A DNA stretch of 47,009 nucleotides from Candidatus Rokuibacteriota bacterium (GCA_044866005.1 JBIOTN010000078.1:1-47009), one strand, 5' to 3'. Positions 36,415 through 47,009 are shown, numbered from the stretch's first letter. Notes: generated from the letters alone by a model not told the origin. Numbers and translations are program-made.

Positions 36415-36693
36415 CTAGTCGCGGTCCTCGATCAACTCCAGGACCGTCGTGGCCACGGCGTTCATGTACTTCGTGGCGTTTTCCGGCGACGAGCCGTCGA
36501 ACGACAGGAGCGCGTAGATGATGACCGCGTCCGTGTGCGTGCAGAGCAGCACGCGGTCGGCCGACGAGAGGCGGTCGTCGTGGGTGACCCGCTTGAAGTA
36601 GGCCATCCGGAGCTGCGAGAGCCGCTCCAGGACCGGGGAGAGATCCGAGTCGAACGTGCTGCGGTACTCCTCCATCGCGGCGTCGTCGATCAT
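36415..36693 (-). CDS. Small hypothetical protein
   Basis: 92 aa from MIDDAAMEEY; ATGA overlap with the upstream gene, 4 nt from the fhs start. Confidence 0.72.
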   Translation of the reverse strand: MIDDAAMEEYRSTFDSDLSPVLERLSQLRMAYFKRVTHDDRLSSADRVLLCTHTDAVIIYALLSFDGSSPENATKYMNAVATTVLELIEDRD

Positions 36694-37043
36694 GCCTCGC
36701 GTCTCCCCCCGAGCGCCTGGGCGTAGAGCGACTCGGTGTAGCCGCGGACCAGGAGCGGCCCGTCCACCAGGATGGGCACGCGCATCCATCCGTCCTCGTG
36801 GATGAGGTAATCGGCCATCTCCCGTACGCTCATGGGCCGCTCGTCCGCGCGGAAATGCAGGATCTCCTTGCCCACCTTCACCCAGAGCTCCCGTGCGCCG
36901 CGCGCCAGCGCGAGCGTCTCCTCCCGGCCGACCGGCCGGTCGTCCACGTAGCGGTTCTCGTGGACGATGCCCCGGGTCGAGAGAAACTCTCTCGCGCCGA
37001 TGCAGGTGGGTCAGTCGCGGCGGTTGTACAGGATCATGCTCAT
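36690..37043 (-). CDS. ArsC/Spx-like thioredoxin-fold protein, putative selenoprotein (UPTC, Sec11)
   Basis: ATGA overlap with the thioesterase gene. MSMILYNRRD-TGA(37011-37013)-PTCIGAREFL...DGWMRVPILV...VRGY is in frame with ORF 36690..36947. Confidence 0.85.
36978..36994 (-). promoter_or_regulatory. SECIS-like hairpin
   Basis: CGAGAGA-GTT-TCTCTCG: perfect 7 bp, loop 23 nt after the UGA. Same loop and spacing as in the glutaredoxin gene. Confidence 0.72.
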
Positions 37044-37468
37044 GGGCGCCCGCCGGACGGCGCCGCCGCGGGCTCGGGCACGAGCAGCGCCGCGAGCCAG
37101 TCCGGGATGGCGATCATCCGCTGGGTCTCCGGCTCCCAGCAGGCGTGCCGGGTCTCCCCGGTGGCGACCACCTGCCCCGCGGCCTCGTGTCGGATCTCGT
37201 AGCGGAAGAGGAACGAGGCGCGCTTGCGTTCGGCGATCCACGTGCGGACCCGGAGAAGGTCGTCGAGCCGCGCCGGCTTGACGTACCGGACGGTCGCCTC
37301 GACGACGGGCATGTGGACCTTCTGGTCCACCTCCGCCATCGCCAACCCGCTCTGGCGGAGGAACTCGACCCGGCCGACCTCGAAGTAGGTCAGGTAGTGG
37401 GCGTAGTAGACGATGCCCATGGTGTCGGTCTCGGCATACCGCACCCGGATGGTCGTCTCGCTGATCAC
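37040..37468 (-). CDS. Acyl-CoA thioesterase (YbgC/4HBT family)
   Basis: RVRYAETDTMGIVYYAHYLTYFEVGR, PARLDD. Confidence 0.92.
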   Translation of the reverse strand: MISETTIRVRYAETDTMGIVYYAHYLTYFEVGRVEFLRQSGLAMAEVDQKVHMPVVEATVRYVKPARLDDLLRVRTWIAERKRASFLFRYEIRHEAAGQVVATGETRHACWEPETQRMIAIPDWLAALLVPEPAAAPSGGRP

Positions 37469-37593
37469 GGCCTCCCTCGTACGGTCGCCGCGTCGCGTTG
37501 GCCGCCTCCCGCCCGCCGCGGGTCCTGTCGCCGGCTCGCGCTCGCGGCGGCCGCTGCGGGTGGCGCCGGCTCCGCTCGGACCGCGCCGCCCCT

Positions 37594-37686
37594 CGGGGGG
37601 AGGCAGGCCCGATGCGTTCGGCGAAGGGCGAACGCCGCGGCTTTGCCGCGAGGGCCGTCGGAGGGGGGCACAAGCCTCCCTCCGAA
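37594..37686 (-). repeat. ~90-bp palindromic repeat element (copy at ~28247-28337)
   Basis: Similar to the element at 28247; begins directly after the AAA ATPase stop codon. Confidence 0.72.
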
Positions 37687-37687
37687 G

Positions 37688-38650
37688 TCAAAGATACTGG
37701 CCGTAGCGGATCTTGACCACGACGTCGCGGACGCCCCGGAAGTCGTCCACCGCCCGCAACACGTCCGTGGTCGTCACGAGGCCCGGCTCCGCGCCAGACC
37801 CGGCGAGCTGGACCTTCGCCTCCAGCGCGCGCCGGATGACCTCGGAGACCTCGCCCCCGCTCATGCCGGCCAGCCGCGGCACCACGGCCTCGTAGTCGAG
37901 CGTCTCGAAGAGCGCCCGCTGCGCGGTCCGCTCCGCCTTCTGCCGGTGGATCTCGACGATTTCCCGGAGCGCGGCCCCGTCGGGCAGCGGGACCTCGATG
38001 AGGTGGTCGAGGCGTCCCGGGGCGATCAGCGGGGAATCGATGCCGTCGGGCCGGCTCGTGGAGGCCAGCACGAGGAGGGCCGGGAAGGCCGAGAGCGTGT
38101 CGAAGAGCTCGCAGAGCCCGCTGATCAGCGGCGCGGCGGCCTCGCGGGCCCGGTCCGGCGGGAGCAGGTGCTCGAGCGACAGCGCGTCGGCGTCTTCGAA
38201 GAAGACCACGCCCTTTCCCTCGGAGCCGGCGAGCTGGAAGACTTCCTTGATCACCTCCGCGGCGTTCGGCCCGACCTTGGAGGTGAGCGTGGTGAGGCGA
38301 AGGTGGTAGAAGAGCGCGTCCGAGGCGCTGGCCAGCGCCTTGGCGAGAAGCGTCTTTCCGTTGCCGGGGGGTCCGTAGAGGAGGCCCCCGCGGGGCGGCG
38401 TGATGCCCCAGCTCCGGTAGAGCTCGGGCATCCGCAGAGCGTAGGACAGGCCGCTCAGCGCCCGCTTCGCCGGCTCGACCCCGCCGATCATGTCGAAGGT
38501 CACGCCCGGACGCGGGACGACCTCCACCCGCCCCCGGAGGTCGCCGTACTTGCCCTCCAGCTTGCCGATGAGGTCGTCGAGCCGCCGCTGGACGGCCCAC
38601 TCCACGGTCGGCGCGGAGAGGCTGGGGACGGATCCGTCGGGCGGCGTCAC
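37688..38650 (-). CDS. AAA+ ATPase (CDC48/ARC-like single module) with atypical motifs
   Basis: VTFDMIGG, PPRGGLLYGPPGNGKTLLAKA, VVFFEDAD, PGRLD, GMSGGE. Confidence 0.87.
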   Translation of the reverse strand: MTPPDGSVPSLSAPTVEWAVQRRLDDLIGKLEGKYGDLRGRVEVVPRPGVTFDMIGGVEPAKRALSGLSYALRMPELYRSWGITPPRGGLLYGPPGNGKTLLAKALASASDALFYHLRLTTLTSKVGPNAAEVIKEVFQLAGSEGKGVVFFEDADALSLEHLLPPDRAREAAAPLISGLCELFDTLSAFPALLVLASTSRPDGIDSPLIAPGRLDHLIEVPLPDGAALREIVEIHRQKAERTAQRALFETLDYEAVVPRLAGMSGGEVSEVIRRALEAKVQLAGSGAEPGLVTTTDVLRAVDDFRGVRDVVVKIRYGQYL

Positions 38651-38669
38651 CGCTGGAAGGATCGGAGGG

Positions 38670-39200
38670 CTAGAAGTGGGGCGTGGGGGCGAGTCGCGGC
38701 ATGACCCGCTCGGCCTTCTCGAACACCCGCGCCTCCACCAGGATCGGCACCTTGGCGCGCAGAGCCAGGGCGATCGCGTCCGATGGCCGCGAGTCGACGG
38801 TGCGGACCGTTCCCTGCACGTCCAGATAGAGGAGCGCGTAGTAGACGTCGTCCTTCAGGTCCGTGATCACGATCCGCTGGAGCGACGCCTTCAGGTCGCC
38901 GAGGAGATTCAGGATGAGGTCGTGGGTGAGCGGCCGGGGCGGCGTGACGCCCTGCAGCGGGATGGCGATGCCGTTCGCCTCGAAGTGGCCGATGGTCATC
39001 ACCAGGCTCCGCTTGTCACGCTTGCCCTGGAGCACGACCACCGGCTGGCGCGACTGCGGCTCGATCGCGACGCCACTGACCTCGACCTCCTGCAGGCCGC
39101 CGAGCGGGGGCGGGACCTTCTCGCCGCTCTCCTTCGCCCCGATGGTCACGAGCCCGAACACCAGCAGCAGTCCGACCCTGCCAGCTCGGCCGATCCTCAT
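38670..39200 (-). CDS. Bifunctional nuclease family protein (DUF151)
   Basis: IGHFEANGI, RPLTHDL, DSRPSDAIALALR; GGAGAGGAG RBS. Confidence 0.9.
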   Translation of the reverse strand: MRIGRAGRVGLLLVFGLVTIGAKESGEKVPPPLGGLQEVEVSGVAIEPQSRQPVVVLQGKRDKRSLVMTIGHFEANGIAIPLQGVTPPRPLTHDLILNLLGDLKASLQRIVITDLKDDVYYALLYLDVQGTVRTVDSRPSDAIALALRAKVPILVEARVFEKAERVMPRLAPTPHF

Positions 39201-39340
39201 GGGTGGCTCCTCTCCGCCGGGTCCTCCGCACGGCGAGCGCGACGATTGCAGGCCAGTATAGCTCATCGGCGGGGGCCTGGACGGCTCCCCTCCGACCCTC
39301 AAGGGGCCGGGGGGTCGGGCCTGGGAGAGGGGGCGGCGCC

Positions 39341-40510
39341 TCACTCCAGGCGGAGCGCCACGACAGCCGCCGCGGCGAGACACAGGGCGAGGATCCCGAA
39401 CATGGGGGCGTAGCCCAGCCCGTGCGCCAGGTAGCCGAAGGACATCGCGCCCGCGGCCTGGCCCGTGAGGATGAAGGCGCTGAAGACGCCGAACGCCCAG
39501 CCCCGCCGCTCCGCCGGCGTCACGTCCATCACCAGCGCGCTGAGCGCCGGGTAGAGGAAGCCGTGCGCGCCGCCGGCGAGGAGGCCCGTGACGACGAGGA
39601 ACGGGACGGGCGAGAGGCCGGCCGACGCCACCAGCGGGCCCATGGCGGCGAGCATCGCGGCCCCGACGGCCTGGCCCGCGAGCGCGGGGATGATGACGGG
39701 CCGCCGCCCCAGCGTGTCGATGAGCCGGCCGCCGGCGGTCCGCACGGCGAGCGCGCCGGCCGAGTAAGCGATGGCGAAGAGCCCGACCCACTCGACGCCG
39801 ACCGTCGCGGCGTACGTCGGCAAGAAGGTGAAGACCACGCCCACGCCGAGCCCGAAGCCGAAGGCGAGCGTCATCAGCAGCCGGGGCGCCGTCAGGACGC
39901 CCCGGACCAGGCCGGCGAGCCCCTCGCGCGGGCCGGTTCGTCGGCCGAGCGGCTCCGCGACCCGCGCCGTGACGACGAGCGCCGCGAAGGCCAGCCCGGC
40001 CACGGCAAGGAAGAACACGCGGAAGCCGAAGGCCTTCGCCACGACCTCGCCGAGGGCCGGGCCCACCGCGGTCGAGGTGAGGCCGGAGATCCCGAAGATC
40101 CCCAGGGCCTGCCCCCGCCGCTCCGCCGGCACGAGGTCCACGACCATCGCGAAGCTCGCCACCCAGTACATGGACTGGGCGAGGCCCTGGAGCACGCGCA
40201 GGACCGGGAAGAGCCCGAGGAGCTCGGGCGCGGCGGCGAAGAGCAGGGCGACGAGCCCCGCCAGGGCGGCGCCCGCCAGCATGAACTGGCGGCGGCCCGC
40301 CCGGTCCACCCAGGCGCCGACGACGGGCTGGCAGAAGATCGCGCTCCCGCTGTAGAGGCCCATGACGAGCCCGATCTCGGCCTCCGTCGTCCCGAGCTGC
40401 TTGAGGTGTAGCGGCAGCAGGAAGAACGCGGAGAGGGTCGTGGAGAAGAGGAAGTTCCCGGCCGCCGCCGTCACGAACGGCGGGGTCAGGATCGAGGGGG
40501 GGCCCGCCAT
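39341..40510 (-). CDS. MFS transporter
   Basis: GAWVDRAGRR, DLVPAERRGQALG, GRLIDTLGRR; about 12 TM segments. Confidence 0.9.
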   Translation of the reverse strand: MAGPPSILTPPFVTAAAGNFLFSTTLSAFFLLPLHLKQLGTTEAEIGLVMGLYSGSAIFCQPVVGAWVDRAGRRQFMLAGAALAGLVALLFAAAPELLGLFPVLRVLQGLAQSMYWVASFAMVVDLVPAERRGQALGIFGISGLTSTAVGPALGEVVAKAFGFRVFFLAVAGLAFAALVVTARVAEPLGRRTGPREGLAGLVRGVLTAPRLLMTLAFGFGLGVGVVFTFLPTYAATVGVEWVGLFAIAYSAGALAVRTAGGRLIDTLGRRPVIIPALAGQAVGAAMLAAMGPLVASAGLSPVPFLVVTGLLAGGAHGFLYPALSALVMDVTPAERRGWAFGVFSAFILTGQAAGAMSFGYLAHGLGYAPMFGILALCLAAAAVVALRLE

Positions 40511-41711
40511 GCGAAGAGGCTCTCTACGCGGTTCTCCACCGACACGACGCCGTCCTTGATCACCACGAGGCGCTCGGGGATGGCGGCCACGGCGGCCTCG
40601 GGCTCGGTGCAGTCGAGGAGGATCAGGTCGGCCCGCGCGCCCTCGACGAGCCCGTAGTCCGGCCGGCGCAGCGCGCGCGCGGCGTGCTCGGTCGCCATCC
40701 GGAGGACCAGCCGCAGGTCGTCCGGGGTCCCCAGGTGGGCGGCCGTGGCGAGGAGGTTCGCGACGCGCAGGAGGTCTCCGTCGCCGAACGGGGTGAAGGG
40801 GTTCTGGAGATTGTTGGTCGCGACCGCCACGTTGACGCCCGCGGCCACCAGTCGCCGGACCGGGGCGAGCCCGCGGCGGACGTTCTTCTCGTCGCGCCGG
40901 CCCATCAGGTAGAGATCCGTCGCCGGCAGCACGAGGACGGAGATGCCGGCGTCCCGGATGCGCGCGGCGAGGGGGGCGAGCGCGTCCGGGGGAAGCGCGC
41001 CGAGCTCGGTCGCGTGGCCCACGCACACCCGCCCCTCGAAGCCACGGACCGCGGCCAGCTCCGCGACCCACCGGATGTGCAGGTGCTCGGGCTCGTCCGC
41101 GAAGTCGAGGTGGAAGTCGACGTCCCGGTCGAACTCACGGGCCAGGTCGAAGACGAGCTCGACGTGGGCGCGCGCGTCCGTGTCGTTGTAGGGCACGCCG
41201 CCGACCGCCTCGCCGCCCATCCGGAGCGCCTGCCGCATGAGCGTCTCGGTCCCCGGCGCCTTGAAGATGCCTTCCTGGGGGAAGACGCAGAGCTGGAGAT
41301 CGATCGCCGCGGCGTACTCCCGGCGAACGGCCAGCATCGCCTCCATCCCCTTGAGGCCCACGATGGGGTCCACCTCGACGTGGGTCCGCATGGCGGTGGT
41401 GCCGTGGCGGATCGCCATGTCGAGCGCCCGCCGGGCCCGCGCCGCGATGTCCTCGACGGTGAACGCGCGCTTGGCTTCGGCCGTCCGGCTGATGGCCTCC
41501 GAGACGGTCGCCGCCCCCGGGACCCGGGCGAGGAGCGCCTTGTCGAGGTGGAAGTGCGCCTCCACGAGCCCCGGGATCACGAGCCGGCCCTGGGCCGCGA
41601 TCTCCCGAGCGTCCCCGACCGGGAGTCGCGGCTCGAGCCGCCGGATCCGCCCTCCCGCGATCCCGATGTCGACGAGCCCCTCGCGGTCCGGGAGCCGCGC
41701 GCCCCGGACGA

Positions 41712-41721
<10 letters not shown>
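40486..41721 (-). CDS. Amidohydrolase, cytosine/creatinine deaminase-like
   Basis: PGLVEAHFHLDKA, GTTAMRTH, FPQEG, DFHLD, GHAT, NNLQNPFTPFG. Confidence 0.9.
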
Positions 41722-42496
<775 letters not shown>

Positions 42497-42500
<4 letters not shown>

Positions 42501-44245
42501 GCCGCCGCCACGCCGAGGAACGCCTCCACCACCGCGGGATCGCGCTGGACCTCCGCGGGCGGACCCTCGGCGATCTTCCGTCCGTGGTTGAGGACGGTCA
42601 CGCGGTCGGAGACCCCCATGACGAGCCCCATGTGGTGACCGACCAGCAGCACGGCGATTCCGGCGGCGCGGATCCGGCCGATGAGCTCGGCCAGCGCGTC
42701 GATCTCGGGGTGGGCCAGGCCCGCCGCCGGCTCGTCGAGGAGCAGCACGGCCGGCCGCGTCGCCAGGGCCCGGGCGATCTCGACGAGGCGCTTTCTGCCG
42801 AAGGGCAGGTTCCGCGCCGGCTCCTCGGGGTCGCCCGGATAGCCGACGAAGGCGAGCAGGCCGAGCGCCTCGGCGCGGAGACGCCGCTCGCGCGCGGCCA
42901 CCGACGGGGCGCCCGCGAGCGCGGGCCCCAGCCTGCCGAGCCGGGCGCCGACCAGGCCCACCGCGACGTTCTCGAGGACCGTCATCGCCTCGAAGAGCTG
43001 GGTCGTCTGGAAGGTCCGCCCGATCCCCGCCCGGGCGATCCGATGGGGCGGCCGGCCCTCCAGGGGCTCCGCGCCGAAGCGGATCGCGCCGGCGCCGGGC
43101 CGGTAGAAGCCGCTCAGGAGGTTCAGGAGCGTCGTCTTGCCGGCGCCGTTCGGGCCGATGAGCCCGTGCACCGCCCCCGGGACGAGGGTGAGGTCGGCGT
43201 CCGCCAGCGCCACGATCCCCCCGAAGCGCATGGCCAGGCCCCTCGCCTCGAGCGCCGCCGTCGCGGGCGAGGCGGCGGCGCGCCACGGCTCGGCGACGAC
43301 CGACGGGCTGGCCGCCGGGCCGCGGCGCCGGCGCCGGGCCACGGCGCCGGCCACGCCGTCGGGGAGGAAGTAGATGCTGCCGAGGAGGAGCACGCCGTAG
43401 AGGGTGAGCCGGTAGTCGGCCACCCCGTGCAGGAGCTCGGGGAGGACGATCAGGACGACCGCGCCGACGACGGGGCCGGCCACGCGACCGAGCCCGCCGA
43501 AGAGGACGACGAGCAGGAAGAGGATCGACGTCTGGAGTGTGAAGCTGTCGGGGCTGACGAAGCCGGCCAGGAAGGCGTAGAGGCATCCGGCGGCGCCGGC
43601 GAACGCCGCGCTGAGGGTGAACGCGATGGTCCGGACCAGGTAGGGGTTCAGGCCGACCGATTCCGCGGCGATCTCGCTCTCCCGGACCGCGACGAGCGCG
43701 CGCCCCCACGGGGACCGCTTCAGGTTCCGCGCGAGCACGAGGCTCAGCAGGACGGCGAGGCCGACGACGTAGTAGTAGCGCGGAAGCGTGAGCGAGACGG
43801 CGGCGAGCCGCGGTCGCGGGATGTCGGCGATGCCGCCGAATCCCCGGGTGAGCGCGTCCCACTCGATCAGGGCATGCTCGACGATGATGCCGAAGGCGAT
43901 GGTGACCATCGCCAGGTAGGGACCGCTCACGCGCAGGGAGGCGACGGCGAGGACGGCGCCGACGGCCGCGCCGAGCGCCGTGGCGATCGGCAGCGCGACC
44001 CAGAAGCCGAGCCCGGCGCGCGTCGCGAGGATCGCCCCCGCGTAGGCGCCGATGGCGTAGAGGCCGGCGTGGCCCAGCGACACCTGCCCGGAGAGCCCGG
44101 CGAGGACGTTGAGCCCGGTGGCGACGACGATGGTGATCCCGATCAGCATCGCGATGAACAGGTAGTAGGTGTTGGCGGTCAGGAGCGGGACGAGCGCGGC
44201 GGCGAGGACCCCGGCGCCGGTCGCGGCGAGCCCCAGGCGATCCAC
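42497..44245 (-). CDS. Fused LivM-like permease / LivG-like ATPase
   Basis: GQVSLGHAG, GPYLAMVTIAFG, then GPNGAGKTT, RTFQ, LDEPAAG. Confidence 0.92.
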
Positions 44246-44247
44246 GC

Positions 44248-45117
44248 CTACACCCGGCGGAGCGCGGGCGTGCCGAACAGGCCCCAGGGCCGCGCCAGGA
44301 GGACCACGACCACCAGCCCGAAGCCCAGGATCTCCCGGACGCCGGTCCCGAGGTAGCCCGCGACGATCGCCTCGAAGACCCCGTAGAGGATCCCCGCCAC
44401 GAGGATGCCGCGGGCGCTCTCGATCCCGCCGATGATGGCGACGGCGAAGGCCTTGAGGCCGATCGTGGTCCCCATGGTGGCCGAGACGTTGAGCAGCGGC
44501 GCCAGGAGGATCCCCGCCGCCCCGGCCAGCATCGAGCTGAGGGCGTACGCGGCGGCGATCGTGCGGTTCACGTCGATGCCCATGAGGGCGGCGGCGTCGT
44601 GGCTGAAGGCGACCGCGCGGAGCGCCTTGCCATGGAGCGTGCGACGGAACGCGAGCTCGACGCCCCCCATGAGGGCGAGCCCGGCCAGCGGCACGAGCAG
44701 CTCCTGCGGATAGACGCCCGCCCCCAGGACCGTCCACGGCCGGACCGTCAGGCGTGACGGGAACGCACGCGCGTCCTTCCCGAAGGTGAGCATGGCGACG
44801 TTTTCCGCGATGATCCCCAGGGCGATCGTGCTCAGGAGCCAGGCCAGCGAGGAGGCACGGAGGAAGGGGCGCACGGCCAGGCGCTCCACGACGAGACCGA
44901 GGGCGGCGAGCGCCAGCAGGCTCACGAGGACGGCGGGCAGGAGCGGCCAGCCCGCGCCGACGTGGAGGACGTAGGCGGCGACCGCGCCGACCATCACGGA
45001 CTGGCCCTGGGAGAAGTTGACGGTGCGGCTCGTCGCGTAGGTGATGTTGTAGCCGAGCGCGACGAGGCTGTACATGCTGCCGAGGGCGAGGCCGCTCAGG
45101 AGGAGCTGGGCCAGCAT
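44248..45117 (-). CDS. LivH-like ABC permease
   Basis: GLALGSMYSLVALG, NFSQG, GKALRAVA, KAFAVAIIGG, PWGLFG. Confidence 0.92.
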   Translation of the reverse strand: MLAQLLLSGLALGSMYSLVALGYNITYATSRTVNFSQGQSVMVGAVAAYVLHVGAGWPLLPAVLVSLLALAALGLVVERLAVRPFLRASSLAWLLSTIALGIIAENVAMLTFGKDARAFPSRLTVRPWTVLGAGVYPQELLVPLAGLALMGGVELAFRRTLHGKALRAVAFSHDAAALMGIDVNRTIAAAYALSSMLAGAAGILLAPLLNVSATMGTTIGLKAFAVAIIGGIESARGILVAGILYGVFEAIVAGYLGTGVREILGFGLVVVVLLARPWGLFGTPALRRV

Positions 45118-45190
45118 GCGGGCTCGCGGTCCACGCCGGAGGGGGCCCGCGCGGCCCGGCGCCGGTGGACCGCCGTGGTCGTCCGCGCGC

Positions 45191-46369
45191 CTACTTCGCG
45201 CTCACGGGGACGATGCGGGCCTGCCGCCAGGTCACCAGGATGTAGTCGTTCTCGGTGAGGGCGTCGTGCTCCTCGGACGTGAACGGCCGCCGGTAGGTCT
45301 TGATGAGCCCGCGGTGCTCGCCCAGGTTCTCGAGGGCGTCCCGCACTTCCCGGCCGTCCGTCGTCCCCGCCTTCTCGATGGCCAGGGCGAGGAGGTGCAT
45401 CGCGTCGTAGGCGTTCGCCGTGCCGACGGGCGCCAGGATCTCCTCGGGGCCCTTGAGGCCGTACTTGGCCCGGAGCGCGGCGATCACGCGCTCGCCGACC
45501 TCGCTCTGCTTCCCGAAGAAGCTGTAGGTCTGGACGAAGACCACGGACTCGGCGAGCTCCCCCGTCAGCTCGGGGAAGCGCCCGCCGCTGATGCCCCAGT
45601 GGGAGACCGTGGGCACCTCCCAGCCGATCTTCGCCTTGCTCCTCACCACCTGCGCGCCCTCCGGCGCGTTGGCGATCATGACGAGCGCGTCCGCGCCGGC
45701 CTGGCGCAAGCGGAGGAGCTGGGGGCTCATGTCCGGATCGTTCCAGTTGAACTTCTCGAAGCCCGCCGGCTGGACGCCGGCCTTGGCGAACCACTTCGTC
45801 AGCCCCTCCTGGTTGCTCGCGCCCCAGGGGGTGTTCTCCAGGATCACCCCGGGCTTCTGCTTCCGGAGCGCCTCGATGACGTGGCGCGCCAGGAACTTGT
45901 CCACGAGATCGTCGTTCGCGGAGACCCGGAACATGTAGTTCGGCTGCCGGCCGTTCCGCGTGATCGCCGTGGCGGCCGCCCACGTGCCGACGTAGGGGAC
46001 CCGGAGCTCGTGGAAGACCGGCAGCATGGCGAGGCCGACCGGCGAGTGGAGACCGCCGAAGACGGCCACGGCCTTCTCCCGCTCGATCACGTCGCGGGCG
46101 GCCGTGACGCCCTTCGAGGGGTTTCCCTCCTCGTCGCGGATGACCAGCTGGACGTGGCGTCCCCCCAGGAGGCCGCCCCTGGCGTTGAGCTCGTCGATCG
46201 CGACCGTGAGCCCGCGCTTGATCGCCTCGCCGGACAGGGCCGAGCCGCCCGACATCGCCGCGACGAGCGCGACCGTGATGGGAGCCTTGGCCTGCGCCCC
46301 GGCGACGGGCGGCATCGAGACGGCCACGGTCAGGGCGAGGACGGTGCCGAGGAGAGCGCGGCGACGCAT
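45191..46369 (-). CDS. Periplasmic substrate-binding protein (Leu/Ile/Val-binding fold)
   Basis: Signal peptide, AIDELNARGGLLG, RDEEGNP, YMFRVS, ANAYDA; GGAGG RBS. Confidence 0.92.
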   Translation of the reverse strand: MRRRALLGTVLALTVAVSMPPVAGAQAKAPITVALVAAMSGGSALSGEAIKRGLTVAIDELNARGGLLGGRHVQLVIRDEEGNPSKGVTAARDVIEREKAVAVFGGLHSPVGLAMLPVFHELRVPYVGTWAAATAITRNGRQPNYMFRVSANDDLVDKFLARHVIEALRKQKPGVILENTPWGASNQEGLTKWFAKAGVQPAGFEKFNWNDPDMSPQLLRLRQAGADALVMIANAPEGAQVVRSKAKIGWEVPTVSHWGISGGRFPELTGELAESVVFVQTYSFFGKQSEVGERVIAALRAKYGLKGPEEILAPVGTANAYDAMHLLALAIEKAGTTDGREVRDALENLGEHRGLIKTYRRPFTSEEHDALTENDYILVTWRQARIVPVSAK

Positions 46370-46439
46370 GGGGCCTCCTTCCGGGGTGGGCCACGCGATG
46401 AGCCGACCGGCCCATCGGCGGCAGGCGGAATCTGGCCGG

Positions 46440-46468
46440 ATTCTACAGGCGCGCCGTCACGTGGACAA
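46440..46468 (-). promoter_or_regulatory. Sigma70-type promoter TTGTCC-N17-TAGAAT
   Basis: Hexamers with a 17-nt spacer, upstream of the ABC operon. Confidence 0.6.
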
Positions 46469-46494
46469 GCACCCTTCCGAGACCCCCCGAAGGG

Positions 46495-47007
46495 TTATCG
46501 GCCCGGAGGCGTGATCAGGAGCGTCCAGGCGCGCCTGCGTCCCCAGCTACGGTCGAACTCGGCGTAGGAGACCACGCGGTAGGGGGTCGGCCCCGAGTGC
46601 AGGACGACGGCCCCGGCCTGGTCGTCGTAGCCGATGAGCACGGCGAAGTGCGGGACCCGGTAGGCGCCGAGGCCCAGCTCCTGGAAGACGATCAGCGGGT
46701 GACCGCGCCGCAGCTCCGCCCTGGCCTGGTCCAGCGTGCCGGCGAACGAGCGGGCCTGGAAGCCGCGGCGGCGCGCGTAGAACTCGAGGTCGAGGTTCAG
46801 GGTCCCCCGGACCGATGGCAGGTAGATGGCGCGCGCGATCTCGTCCTGCCCGACGGCAGTCCCGTAGTGCTGGAGAACCATGGCCAGCGCCGCTGGCCCG
46901 CACTGATACTCCTCCTGCGCGATGAACGGCACGGTCGCGATGAGGTGGCCGTGGCCGCCGGCCACGTCGGCGCGGATCGTGTCGAGGGCGGGGCGCGCGC
47001 AGCCGAG
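46495..47007 (-). CDS. Peptidase C39-like protein (5' end outside window)
   Basis: VPFIAQEEYQCGPAALAMVL, HFAVLIGYD. The frame stays open to the edge (LGCARP, possible lipobox). Confidence 0.85.
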   Translation of the reverse strand, partial: LGCARPALDTIRADVAGGHGHLIATVPFIAQEEYQCGPAALAMVLQHYGTAVGQDEIARAIYLPSVRGTLNLDLEFYARRRGFQARSFAGTLDQARAELRRGHPLIVFQELGLGAYRVPHFAVLIGYDDQAGAVVLHSGPTPYRVVSYAEFDRSWGRRRAWTLLITPPGR

Positions 47008-47009
47008 CG

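Noticed and set aside
28908..36521. Very long plus-strand ORFs (804, 1115 and 992 aa)
   Set aside because: These are antisense shadows of clear minus-strand genes in high-GC DNA and show no recognisable motifs.

Overview
Very GC-rich bacterial DNA (about 70-73% by eye), gene-dense, with about 50 CDS. No rRNA, tRNA, CRISPR array or transposase was recognised. Gene content and palindromic intergenic repeats recall Methylomirabilota/Rokubacteria-type genomes, but that assignment is only an impression. Main result: six genes that the ORF track splits or misses carry an in-frame TGA exactly where their family has a conserved Cys. Each TGA is followed, 16-23 nt later, by the loop of a SECIS-like hairpin. 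The six are two AhpD/CMD-like proteins (CxxU), a TlpA-like redoxin (UxxC), a glutaredoxin/NrdH-like protein (UxxC), an ArsC/Spx-like protein (UxxC) and a YeeE/YedE sulfur-compound transporter (LAKG-U). Five of them lie in the first 15.3 kb, around an ECF sigma/zinc anti-sigma pair resembling SigR/SigH-RsrA. That region also holds six copies of the SigR-type promoter GGAAT-N17/18-GTT, a secreted (NPCAAK)7 Cys-repeat peptide, DUF3179, DoxX, MerF and an FGE-like protein. Together these suggest a selenoprotein-rich thiol/metal-stress regulon. The rest of the window is mostly ordinary: radical SAM/metallophosphoesterase pair, SDR, glycogen-debranching-like enzyme, DD-carboxypeptidase, HU, Gld-like ABC system, fhs, AAA ATPase, and a Liv-type ABC transporter with an amidohydrolase.
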